From NCBI RefSeq assembly GCF_006345805.1, contig NC_043009.1:33232001-33296000 (forward strand): a stretch of 64,000 nt of DNA, given 5' to 3'. The stretch is from Octopus sinensis (taxonomy: Eukaryota). The notes under the pieces are model-generated. The model was given only the letters and a program-made list of their open reading frames with translations, did no database searches and was not told where the DNA came from. The translations under genes were made by a program, and so were the position numbers. Below are positions 15,252 through 28,042 of the stretch, in pieces (position 1 is the first letter of the stretch; each line of letters begins with the position of its first letter).

Positions 15252-15641
15252 TTATTGACTCTTCGCTCTAGGATGTAGGCACTGATGTTCTGCGCCATGA
15301 TGACAAGCCCAAAGTACTGCAGCTTTCTCTTCCTGACAGTTACCAAAAAGTCTCTTTCTGTTCCGATTTCCCGGCTGATCCTCAAAACACCATGTCTCAA
15401 AGGCGTTGAGTTTGGTAGCGTTTGCTCTTAGGGTCCAACTTTCATATCCATACAATGCAACATGCCAAACTAGGATCTTCAGAAACTTTAATCTGATACT
15501 CTTGTTAAGAGATTTGTCTTTCCAAATTATATTTAGTGGTTTTAAGTCTGATCTTGCAACCCCAAATCGTGCTTTTATTTCGTGACTTTCGTATCTTAAT
15601 TTTTCTATGACAGCCCCCAGATAGTTTAACTTTGTAACCAA
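15252..15641 (-). mobile_element. RTE-clade LINE ORF remnant (post-RT region)
   Basis: YLGAVI...EIKARFGVARSDLKPLNIIWKDKSL...LVWHVALYGYESWTL...LNAFETWC fits the RTE pattern YLGS..EI..RI..A...L..IW...LYG.E.WTL...L.AFE.WC. Confidence 0.75.
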
Positions 15642-16324
15642 ATCTAAGGTGGGTTAATACTTGTTTGAGAATCAATATAAGGGCTGGAATATTGGTGAAT
15701 TATTGCCTGGATAGGAGAATTGGACGATGCAGTGTTATTGTATGGAGATCACGAGAAGAAACAGGTAAATTTTAGCTCAGGGGTAATCTAAAATAATTTT
15801 GATTATCATAGCTGTTTTTCGTCTGACAGCCATTTAACATTCTGGCCCTAAACAGAATTTCGCACCTTTGCATTCAGCTTTTCTCTCATATTTTAACTTT
15901 AGCTAAGATATCCATGTGTTAGCCAGTCGCTCATATTTTCGAACGTGAAATCTCAAAAGATCTCTTCTTGGAAACATCTTTTCAAAGAATATATATTGAA
16001 AGCCTATGTCTCACATTTAACACCATTAATAGCAAAACATTTACCTTGTATATTTCTCAATGGCTTCAATGCTGCCAACATAAATCTGTCAACGATAAAA
16101 CGCCGTCAGGTTCCTTTAACGGGTTTGGTAACAGTTCTTGGAGATTTTCTTTCTTCTGTTTTTTTCTGGTTATGTCAACGTTGCTGGGATTACGTCAACT
16201 CATGAAGTTTGCTTCGCCATAATTATTCATCACTAGTTAGGTTTTTGATGAAACCTGCTGTCATGTTTATAGTAAATAGCAGTAGTAGTAGTAATAGTAG
16301 AAGAAGTAGTAGTAGTAGTAGTAG

Positions 16325-16416
<92 letters not shown>

Positions 16417-16618
16417 GATTCGAGAATAAGATATATTTGGTGGGGTGACGTGGTTGACATTTTCCACTCCTCCATATTGTCTTATGTAACGGTTAATGGA
16501 CGAAGAGCGGGAGAGAGAGAGGAGGGGGACAAGCAAAATCTGTTGAATAGAACATAACAGAAGTAAATGGTGGATTAAGAACCTAAGAGATGGTGTAATA
16601 ATAATAATAATAATAATA

Positions 16619-16659
<41 letters not shown>

Positions 16660-16723
16660 TAATAATAATAATAATGATAATAATAATAATAAGCCACTAA
16701 AAGAGGAAATTGCATAAACATTT

Positions 16724-16860
16724 GTAGGGATATTGGGAGCATTAACAGCCATGTTTCAGAGATTTTTGTTGAAGGTGAGATTGATATGAGATTAAAAGAT
16801 GCTCAGAAAATTGCTTTGTTGATAACAGTTAGGATTTTGAGCCTGGTATTTGGGCGTTAA
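16724..16860 (+). mobile_element. R4/Dong-like (RLE) LINE 3' coding end, remnant 1
   Basis: VGILGAL... then, after a frameshift, GEIDMRLKDAQKIALLITVRILSLVFGR*. This matches the GALG...QKxxLLGTxRILRxVL C-terminal motif. It lies just after (AAT)n at 16597-16690. Confidence 0.5.
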
Positions 16861-16929
16861 GTATCGTAGAAAGAAACGTTGTGAAGGGCCCTTGAGAACA
16901 GATTGTCTGCTCTTACAGAATCAGCCAAG

Positions 16930-17190
16930 GCAAGTGGTGTCCAGAGCTCTAAGAAGTGGTTTAGCTACGATGATTTGAAGTGAGAAATACATCATGAGAT
17001 ATATGAAGGAAATCGGAATAGAGTGCCCAGTAGAACTGTTACAAAAGGTTTGCCTTCCAGGCACGGCGAGAATAATCAGAAAAGTATTAGAGAGCTGAAA
17101 AAACAGATAGCATGGCAGCAAGCTCGATACGCATGCACGCCTTCAGGAGTTCCAACTGTACTTGAGATAAATAGAAATAATAATGATAAC
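16930..17190 (+). mobile_element. R4/Dong-like (RLE) LINE 3' end, remnant 2
   Basis: 16994-17098 reads MRYMKEIGIECPVELLQKVCLPGTARIIRKVLES*, followed by a short 3' UTR ending in aataataatgataac. Confidence 0.65.
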
Positions 17191-17381
17191 AGATCATGCT
17201 TGAATAACTGGATGTTGTGATGATTATGGTGATAAGGATGATTTGCAATAGGAATCGGTTTGAAGAGGAAGGGTTAATCGATAACACTGGACCCAGCGCT
17301 TGATGCTTAGTTTATTTTAAGGAGCCTGGGATGGTGAAAGGGAAAGTTGACGTCGAAACGATTTGAACTCAGACAGAATAC

Positions 17382-17585
17382 AAAGAAGAAGAAGAAGAAG
17401 AAGAAGAAGAAGAAGAAGAAGAAGAAGAAGAAGAAGAAGAAGAAGAAGAAGAAGAAGAAGAAGAAGAAGAAGAAGAAGAAGAAGAAGAAGAGAAGAAGAA
17501 GAAGAAGAAGAAGAAGAAGAAGAAGAAGAAGAAGAAGAAGAAGAAGAAGAAGAAGAAGAAGAAGAAGAAGAAGAAGAAGAAGAAG
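17382..17585. repeat. (GAA)n microsatellite
   Basis: Direct reading. A second (GAA)n tract is at 62703-62835. Confidence 0.95.
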
Positions 17586-18225
17586 GCTTCCCGAAATACA
17601 CAAATCCATAAAAACACTTTGCTAGGGAAAAATTAAGTAAACTACTCAATCTTCCATCAGAAAAAGTTTTGAGAAATTATAAATAAAAGCAAGAAATATA
17701 TTTTAATTTTTGAAATAACTTTCTAAGTAAACCTTCATTATCAGAAGCCTGTAATATTAGGCTAAATCTTTATTCCTTCAAACAACGGACACCTATCCTT
17801 AGCTCATCATGAACACTTCTATGGCTATACGTCAATGGAAATCATTCAAGTCTCAGGTTCAAAACTAAAACATGCAATGTATGATGATGTTGCACTCCGT
17901 GTAAGGCCTGATTTAGCCAAATATTCTAAACTTAGTAGACTAATAGTTCCGTCAGTGCAACGCATATTTTGTTAATCCTTTCCAACATGGTGGATTAGCT
18001 ACACATACATACATACATACATACATACATACACATATACATACATACATACACATATACATACATACATACACATATACATACATACATACATACATAC
18101 ACATATACATACATACGTACATACATTCATGTATGCATGCATACATACATATATACATACATACATACATACATACATACATACATGCATACATACATAG
18201 ATACATACATACATACATACATACA

Positions 18226-18257
<32 letters not shown>

Positions 18258-18880
18258 AGTGAGATACAAAATGAAATATATAAACATATATATGTATATA
18301 TGTTTGTATATATATACACACGCACAGACACAAACACGTCAAATATATATACACGTGTGTGTGTGTACATGTTTGTATATCCACTTCGTGTATTATTGAA
18401 GTAATTTCACATGGTTGAAGAATTCTCGTACTCACGAATTTCATTCGTGGTTCTTCACTCTCCTGATTTTTTCCTATCAACTCGTTTGATCCAAATCTTT
18501 AAACCGTATCGTCATTACATATCACTCTAATGCGTGTCAAGTGAGTCTCTCAATTGCAATCATTTGTAAAGATAAGCAGTTTCCGGTTGGGAAGATTCCT
18601 CTAAGATTCTATCAATGAACATGAAAAGACATTTCAAAGAATGAAATAATTCTCTCCTCGAATATATTCCGAAAACTCTTAAGCTTTCTCACTCAAGAAC
18701 ACAAATATAGTAAAAGCCCAACAAGAACAAAGAAAAAGAAATAAAGAGAAGAAAGTAGGTGAGTTGATGTCGTTGCACCGAGATGTTTTCTTTCACCTTT
18801 CGTAATTCTATCTCAACATTTCAAATTCGAACTTAAATGCGAAACAACAACAATAAACAACGACAGCAATAAGGATAATT

Positions 18881-19092
18881 CTTTCTACTATTGGCACAAG
18901 CTCTGAAATTTTGTGGAAGGAAGTATGTCGATTACATTGATCCCAGTGCTCAACTGGTACTTGACTTATCGACTCCGGAAGGATGAAAGGCAAAGTCGAC
19001 TTCAGTGGAATTTGAACGCAGAACGTAAAGACGGATAAAATACCGCTAAACGTTTTTCCCAGTGTGCTAACGATTCTACCAGCTCAAGGCCT
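18881..19092 (-). mobile_element. SINE family A copy
   Basis: Contains ggatgaaaggcaaagtcgac...gaatttgaac...gctaacgattctaccagct. The tail is of the ttgtgcc...tagaaag type. A second, 5'-truncated copy lies at about 19176-19300. Confidence 0.75.
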
Positions 19093-19097
19093 TTATG

Positions 19098-19165
<68 letters not shown>

Positions 19166-20496
19166 CCTCTGATCCTCTCTACTACAGGCACAAGAAGGGC
19201 TGAAATTTGAGGGGGAAGGGCTAGACGATTACATCGATACCAATGTTCAACTGGTACTTGTTTCATCGACCTCAAAATGCTGAAAGGTGAAGCTAACTTC
19301 CACTTTACGCACAACGAATGAACCTCGACCTTCAAGAAATAGCAACCAATTCTCCCTCAAATTTCACCCGTAGCGTGTTACTAATGACTGGAGACGGGAC
19401 TGATGATCATGACTGAGCTGGAACTAAATAACAACAGCAATCATATATGTTTGAAGACAGTGCTCCAGTTTGGCCGCTGTCGAACAATTGCGATCAATAT
19501 AAGAAATATGACTGATGCCTCTCCTACGCTGAGACTCGACAGAAAAACAATTAAAACGTTGTTATAACGTTTACTCCTGCCTCATACGAATCTTTTGCTT
19601 TCTTTCATTTATCAATATGGTAATGTTTTTATTTCATACGTATCTCAATACGTATGTCATTAACTTGATTTATTTCTCGCATACTTGCAACGATTCTTTC
19701 ATCAAGATGTGCCACGCTCTTTCATCATCAACCCATGACCTGCGGTGATTCGAAGTCTTTTCACATCGAACATTTTAAGTAATTACTTACAGTGGTTTCA
19801 GAATCACATAAATAGTGGAGTTACTTTTGTCTTAATATCAATAGTCCTCTTGATATAGACTCAATGAAACAAACAAAATGAGAATGATAAGCTCTAAGGC
19901 CTACAGAAAATAAATGTCTATAATAGATTTGCAACAGCTTCCTTCTATGCTTATCAAGAAACCATAATTATCTTGTTTACTGTGTGTTTATTTAACTAGT
20001 AACTGAAATCTACTCGTTAAATATATACATACCATAAATAGCTGAATGAATATTAGATTCGTAACTTAAATGATTAAATTTAGATTAAAGTGAGAAAATA
20101 ATTGAGTGAATAAATCAATCAATCTTGGTTTATAACGACAGAAATTGCAACAGATTGAAGCAATTATGTCTTTTGAGCGACTAACAATGGAACTGGGTCC
20201 TCAAAGAGAACTATTTGAAACATTTCAGAAAACAAAAAGGAATGTGACAAAAGTCTGACACAAATTTTAACTTAATTTTAAAACTGAATTACGTTTTTTG
20301 TGGAGCTTAAAAGAAAATATATTTATAAAGATTTAGATTTTGTTCGCATTGTGTTTATTCAGTCTCAGTTCTGCTTTAATCCAGGAGATTTATCATCAAC
20401 GGAGTTCTAGACATTATCACCGGAATATGTGTATATGTAATACTCCATTGCAGATACAATATAAACTAAATATCCTGCTGAATCTAAATTTAGCTG

Positions 20497-20543
<47 letters not shown>

Positions 20544-20688
20544 GCTGATATGTATATATATTATTTATATATATATATATATATAAAACATTATAAAATA
20601 TTATTAGAGACAAAACCACTATTTTGCAAAACAAACAAGGAAAGACTTAATCAATACATAAAATTTTAATAAATAGTCAAAAAAACCG

Positions 20689-20731
20689 CCACTACAATCG
20701 TTTCTTGTCTTGATCGACAATCTTCAGGTGG
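20689..20731 (-). ncRNA. Type I minimal hammerhead ribozyme (3' pLTR)
   Basis: CCAC-CUGAAGA-UUGUC(gaucaa)GACAA-GAAAC(gauu)GUA-GUGG. Stem I is 4 bp and stem II is 5 bp. Stem III ACGAUUGU is self-complementary with G-U pairs. The cleavage triplet is GUA. Confidence 0.85.
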
Positions 20732-23611
20732 ACTTCCAATCTAAAAAATCAAAATTTTAAAATATAAAAATAATAATTTTAAATAATTAAAGTATAAATG
20801 AAAAAATATAAGTATATAATCCATATATAACCTATATATAATCCATATCGAAAATATAGACAAATTACCACGAATTCCCTAAAAAAAACCATGATAAAAC
20901 AAAACTCTTTGCTAAACTCTAAAACAAACCTATATAGTAATCCCCTAACCTAAACATTCACACACAAATACACACACGTAAACCACAGACCCACGACTTA
21001 TACACATACCTATACTAACTTATAAACCTCAATATACACCAAAACCCACTCCCTCCCCACACAGACAAATTAACACATACATCCCAAAACCTAAATAACA
21101 AACCCATATACACATTCACACACAAACACACACACACACGCAAAACACGCACACACAACAGATACATATACTCCCTCACATATACGCATATACATACTCA
21201 CTAAACTCGACATATACAACAATACTTACACACCCACAAAAATCATTAAATACATTTATGAGCTTTAACTCACCTTAGCAGCTCTAAAACAACTTGCAGT
21301 AACCCAATCCCATTCTCTATGCCTACCTCACTACTACACTATTCCATTCACAATTCCAAGCAACGCTAGTCCACCACCCGGTTATTCACGTGGCAAAACG
21401 AACACCACTCAAAAATTATGAATGAAACAATGTAAAAAAATAACCAACATCGAAAATAGACAAATTACCACGAATTACCTAAAAAAACCATGATAAACCA
21501 AAACTCATAAAAGCATATAACGATAAAATCTCCCTTTGCTAAACCCTACAACAAACTTATATAGCAATCCCCCTAACCTAAACATTCACACACAAAAATA
21601 CACACACGTAAACCACAGACCAAGACTTATACACAAACCTATACTAACTTATAAACCTCAAATACACAAAAACCCACTCCCTCCCCACACAGACAAATTA
21701 ACACATACATCCCAAAACTAAATAACAAACCCAAATACACATTCACACACAAACACACACACACGCAAAACACACACACACAACAGATACATATACTCCC
21801 TCACATATACGCATATACATACTCACTAAACTCGATATATACAACAATATTTACACACCACACTCATACAGATAAATAAATTAATTATACAACTAAAAAC
21901 TCACAACCAATCTCATATACATAAACACTCCTATGAAAACAACATTAAATACATCGTAATTAACCAGAATATCAAAAATAACAATATGACATAAGGATAA
22001 ATCAAATACATACTTACAATTCAGTTACAAATTATGAAGTGAAATTAAATTCTTAGCCGTTAAAAAACCAAACAAAAATACGTTACCATAGAAATAACTA
22101 TGTAAAAAAGAATACGCGCCATAGAAAGTAAACGTCATTCAAAATATGAATGGAGAAATATAATAAATGGAACTAAAAACTATATCCACGTAGCAAACCA
22201 ACGCTACTTAAAAAAATTTATTATGAATGGATTCTTTAAAAACTACCATGAAAATCATTATATACATTTATGAGCTTTAGCTCACCCTAGCAGCTCTAAC
22301 AAACAACTTACAGTAACCCATAACTATTCTCGATGCATACCTCACTACCACACTAATCCATTCACAATTCCAAGCAACGCTAGTCCACCACCCGGTTACA
22401 ATTCCCATCTCCACCCATTCATTCACAATTTAAACGACGTTCCCTTCCACAACGCTACATATAAGCCTCAACATATACACCGGAGATACACTTACACATC
22501 CGTGCGGATGGGTGAGAGTATACATTAAGTGTAGTGATGGGGCTCCCATTACTAAACAATTTGTACCTGTATGGTAGTCTCCATGTGTATATTCACGCAC
22601 GGGTATAAATGCAGGGGGTACACGCTCACTTCATTTGCGTGTACCCCTCACATGTACATATGCATACTATTTTGGCTCGATATATGCAACAATGTAATCG
22701 CGCCCGTGTGTGTGAGCATTCACTGGTTGTGCAATTCACCCATCTGGGTGTGATGTGTGTGTAAACGTATCGCTGTGGAGGTCGAGCTTGATACGTATAT
22801 ATAGTGTGTATTAGGGGTTGTACGTACTAATTATGTGCATGTGCTTCACGCACTTGCGTCCATGTATGGATGAATATATTGGGATTACTATGTGGGTGTA
22901 AATAGGGTATGGGGGGGAGTTTTGTCATTGTATGGGTGTGGGTTTCATTTGTGATGGTGGTTAGTTGGTGATTATTAGTATGTTCTGTATATTTGGGTTA
23001 GTTATGTATTATTCTAGTGTGTATAATTGTATACATATAATTGGTGTGAATGGGATTACTCCCATTTTTGGGGATGTATGTGTTTATTTATCCATATGGG
23101 GCGGGAGTGGCCGTTAGGTGCATATGCTGAGGCTCACATGCAATCCCAAGTACAACGAATGAAGTGGGCACTTATATTTGTTATGGGTGTGTGTACTTTA
23201 TTATAAAAGACAATACCCAAATAAAATCTGTCAATTCAACATACCAAATAAAAAACAAAAAACAAAGGGATCTTAAACATTCACACATACATACAAAACT
23301 CAATAAAAACACCACTAAATAACACCCAAAACATATAAATATATCCTCCAAAAATATAACAAATGCAAAATAAAAATAATAATAAAATAAAAAAAAATAA
23401 AAATAAAAAAAAATAAAAAAATCTAATATAAATTATTAAAGTTTTAACGTACCATAAACTGTTAAATTATATACATTAAAAATGAACTAATTAAAACAAA
23501 GAAATATCAATAAAGACTAACTATAATTAAAGCCTAGACAACATAACCAAAAATATATTATCTAAACTAATTTAAACTAAACTAAAGTAACCTAAAAGGG
23601 AACTATTATTG

Positions 23612-26125
23612 CTATTTATCATGAAACTTATTATATAGGTAAAGTAACTTGTGTCTGCATTTTATTTTGCGCTCTTCACCAGTATTAAGTAAATTATCAT
23701 ACTTATAAAATAAAATTTCTTTAAACTCATTAGAGCATAAATAACAACAATTAGCTCCTATATTATATGATTTAGTTTTACAAATTATTTCCCATATTAA
23801 ACTATAATTAATATTTAGTGATTTAAGACTCCAAATGTACTTACTAAGTCCGGTTGAGTTAATTAAGTTTTTATTTTAAAAGAATTCATATGTTGTGCGA
23901 TTCTTAGTTTTATTTTTGAGGAAGTAGAACCTATAAAACCGCTTTTGTGTAATTATTATTCTTAAAGTTATTATCATGTAATGTAACTATACATTTATAC
24001 ACTACATCGTTAATATCACAATTATTATTTAATATACAATTAGATTTATCTCGACATGTACAATTAATATAAGTCTTATCATTATTAATATTATTATCAA
24101 ATAATTTCTTTTTATAAAAATTATTCAGTTTATATTTATTAAATGAAGAAATAATGTTACCAACATTATTAGTGGTAGAGTAACCAACTCCAAAATTATT
24201 AAAAGAGAAAATGTTTCTATATTTACGATTATCTCTAATAAATAGTTCTATAACATCTAAAATCTCTTTAATAATATTCGTTTTTACTTGATCTCCATAA
24301 GGAACTATTAACCAAATTTTATTCTTATTAACCTTATTATTATTATCATTATTATAAATATATTTATAATTCTTTATTTTATTAAAATTATTATCAGAAT
24401 TATATCTATGTACAGCATTTAAGGAATTATTAATATTATTAAATTTATCAATATAATTATTATAATAATTATTAAATTTATTTTTATTTATATTATTCTT
24501 ATTTATATTATTATTATTATATTTATTATTATTATTATTATTCTTATTTATATTTTTATCATTTTTATTATTTTTTTATAATATCTATTATTTTTACCAC
24601 TAAACCTAACAAAATTAAAATTATTATTAGAAGTATCTCGAAAATTAACAATTAAATCTTTATCGCTAAAATTATAAAATTTAATATTCCTATTATAACC
24701 TGCCCCTCTAAGGGCCTCATTATAATAATTAGCATGTTTATTAAAAATCTCTATATCATAAGAGAGTAATGAAATACGTTTACTTATATTATTAATCAAC
24801 GATTTTTCAATAGAAAATGGGTGATTACTATTAACATTTATATATCTAAGGTTCTCATTAAGTTTATGATATGGTTGTGTTTTACCTGTAATAAGATTAA
24901 AATTAACATCTAAATAAAAAAATTAACATATATTCTCCTTATATATAGTAATACGTAAACCATATCTTTTAAAGAAACTATATAGTTTTTTCTTATATAC
25001 TTCTAGATTCCTATTAGTACAATTCTTGTAATAGTAGAAGATCGTCTCTATATAAACCACCCTCTATCTTAAGATTTTCTAATTGGAGTTCAGATAAAAG
25101 AAAAATACCTACTAAATCAGTAGCCTGTGCAGAATCTGGTGCTCCCATAGGTATATCAAAACAATCTCTAGTATCATTCCTAGCCCATAATTTATTTTTA
25201 TATTTAATTAGCGATTTCCTAGCCATTTTAATTACATTAACTTCTTCCCGTGACATGCCCACTTTATTCATTGCTAAAATAAGCGCTTTATTAAACACAA
25301 TTTCATTAATAGAAGAATAATAATTATCTATATCTATTTGAATAAATTTATAACGATTTTTATCTTTAATATTATTAAACCATTTCAATGTATTATTATT
25401 ACTAAACCATAATTTTAAATAATTAAGTTTATTTAACTTATCAATATATTTATCTAAAATAAATTTACTTAATTTACCTAGGTCCGATTTACATGGGCAA
25501 ATTAATCTAACTTTAGGGTCTGAATAAAAATTATCTTTATGGTCTTTAAGAGTAATTCTGGGGTGCAGAGGTACATAAGGTTCAGTTTTATTATCCAACT
25601 CATATTTTAACATTACTACTTTAGAGGCCTTATTAATATTATAAAGAATATCATCTGGAACAATTTTATATTTTTTAATTATTTCTTTCCCTAATAGTTT
25701 ATCATATAAATTAACATCTAATTTATATAAGTTCCTTGTTTTATCAGATTGTACTATAATACCATCCATATTTCTCATATCTTTAATTTTAATTGCTAAA
25801 TTCCTTAAATATTCATTATTTCTATTTGGGTATTTATGGAATTCAATATTTTTTACCACCTTCCATATACTATCTTCAAGTAATTGTAATTCTTTATTAA
25901 ATGGAGGTTCCTTTCTAGATTTAAATTTAGAGGTAAAATTATCATTCCTACTATCAATATCATTAAATAAATAAAAATTATAGTAAAAAGCTTTCCATTT
26001 AATTCTAGAAATAAAATCTTTAACATTATTAACAAGTTTCAAGATAAATTCCTTTCTAGAAGGAATAGGAATATCTTTCAAGATGAATCCCAAAACAGCG
26101 GTTCTATCTTACCTGTAAAATCCAT
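23612..26125 (-). pseudogene. PLE polyprotein (RT + thumb + GIY-YIG), about 835 aa when frameshifts are bridged
   Basis: Motifs in order: LKDIPIPS..F, SDKT.NLY, PHPR-like PLHPRITLKDHK, VRLICPCKSDLGKLSK, IDIDNYYSSI, IPMGAPDSAQATDLVG, GLYRDD, SSNHP, KIWLIVPY, CTCRDKSNCILNNNC, VVYKC, (Y/F)IGST, LSKYIWSLK, CCYLCSNE, LLN..E...KCRH. Stop at 23612. There are several 1-2 nt indels, mostly in homopolymers, and one in-frame TAA near 24925. Confidence 0.9.
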
Positions 26126-26358
26126 AATTTACGAAATTGAGGTATTACACTCAATATACAAAATTATCAATATTATATAAATAATAAATATTAGGGAATA
26201 AATCCAAATTTACAGGGAAAAAATCAGATTTAGGATTAAATCCAATTTTATAGTAAAATATTATAAAATATTATTAGAGACAAAACCACTATTTTGCAAA
26301 ACAAACAAGGAAAGACTTAATCAATACATAAAATTTTAATAAATAGTCAAAAAAACCG

Positions 26359-26401
26359 CCACTACAATCGTTTCTTGTCTTGATCGACAATCTTCAGGTG
26401 G
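26359..26401 (-). ncRNA. Type I minimal hammerhead ribozyme (5' direct pLTR)
   Basis: Identical motif to 20689-20731. Confidence 0.85.
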
Positions 26402-26866
26402 ACTTCCAATCTAAAAAATCAAAATTTTAAAATATAAAAATAATAATTTTAAATAATTAAAGTATAAATGAAAAAATATAAGTATATAATCCATATAAAC
26501 CTATATATAATCCATATCGAAAATATAGACAAATTACCTCAATTGAGGTTTATAAGTTAGTATAGGTATGTGTATAAGTCGTGGGTCTGGGTTACGTGTG
26601 TGTATTTGTGTGTGAATGTTTAGGTTAGGGGGATTACTATATAGGTTTGTTTTAGAGTTTAGCAAGGGAGATTTATCGTTATTGTTTTTAAGAGTTTTGT
26701 TTTATCATGGTTTTTTTTAGGGAATTCGTGGTAATTTGTCTATATTTTCGATATGGATTATATATAGGTTATATATGGATTATATACTTATATTTTTTAT
26801 TTATACTTTAATTATTTAAAATTATTATTTTTATATTTTAAAATTTTGATTTTTTAGATTGGAAGT

Positions 26867-26909
26867 CCACCTGAAGATTGTCGATCAAGACAAGAAACGA
26901 TTGTAGTGG
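26867..26909 (+). ncRNA. Type I minimal hammerhead ribozyme (inverted pLTR)
   Basis: ccac ctgaaga ttgtc gatcaa gacaa gaaac gatt gta gtgg, read directly on the + strand. Confidence 0.85.
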
Positions 26910-27090
26910 CGGTTTTTTTGACTATTTATTAAAATTTTATGTATTGATTAAGTCTTTCTTGTTTTGTTTTGCAAAATAGTGGTTTTGTCTCTAATAATAT
27001 TTTATAATATTTTACTATAAAATTGGATTTAATCCTAAATCTGATTTTTCCCTGTAAATTTGGATTTATTCCCTAATATTTATTATTATA

Positions 27091-27126
<36 letters not shown>

Positions 27127-27499
27127 CATATGCATATATATACATATATATATAGTATGTATGTATACATGTATATATATTTATATACATGTGTGTGTCT
27201 ATGTATGCATAGATATATATAAGTGCGTGCATTTATGACATATATGTATGCACACACATACACGCATCCATATATATATATATATATATATATCGATATA
27301 TAAAAGAAGTGATTTTTTAAAATTCAGACAGATATCGATAATGCACTCAGTTTTAAACGAATTTCATTAGCTAAACCCTACAATCAGACACCGATAAATG
27401 CAAGTAGAATGCACATCTAAGGTAAATCCTCGTGTATGACAAATAGATCCAAATATTATTTAGAAGAATTTCAAGAAATTCAAAAACATTGACAACAAA

Positions 27500-27745
27500 A
27501 ATGCGTATAGAGAATGGAAGTCCTAAATTTACTAAAAGATGTTTGATTTCTCTGGGTACATCTGACTTGCACTTTTTTTTGTTCCTCGCGGCCCGAGCTT
27601 TGGTAATTCTGAAATCAATGTCTTTTCTTGATGAACTCATCCAGCTGCCCAAATAAAAAAATTGATTTAGTATTCCCCCATCCAGTGTCACAAGATTTCC
27701 ATCTTTCCGGTTTAGTGACATGGACTCTGTCTTGGTATATAAATG
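27500..27745 (-). mobile_element. RTE-clade LINE remnant
   Basis: TKTESMSLN...LDGGILNQFFYLGSWMSSSRKDIDFRITKARAA matches the RTE pattern KTE.M..N...F.YLGS....DI..RI.KA. Confidence 0.65.
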
Positions 27746-28042
27746 ATGGTGATGATGATGCTGTTGATGATGATAATGATGATGACGACGACGACGATGG
27801 TAGTTTCTTGTGGGTGCCGGAACAGCGGCACAGTGTACCACACGTCGGGTGACGAAGCCATCACAAAGTAACGTGAGATGGGGTGTTTTGCTCCAGATCA
27901 CAGCACATTATCCCGTCCAGAAATTGAAACCACTATCTCACCCTCAAACACACACATATAGACACGCACACAAATACATCTCTGTGTGTGTTTGTGCGTG
28001 TATTTGTATATATATACAGATTATACGTACATAATTATGTAT

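Larger units (their letters stand above)
20583..27088 (-). mobile_element. Penelope-like retroelement, Naiad-like, near full length, with direct and inverted pseudo-LTRs, embedded in (TA)n
   Basis: RT plus GIY-YIG ORF on the minus strand. An HHR-containing repeat of about 283 bp occurs at 20583-20868 and 26255-26537, and an inverted copy at 26540-27088. (TA)n tracts lie at both ends. Confidence 0.9.

Noticed and set aside
26100-26125. tttacag|gtaaga as a PLE intron boundary
   Set aside because: It reads as either donor or acceptor, but no splice restores the conserved frame. A single missing T downstream explains the ORF start more simply.
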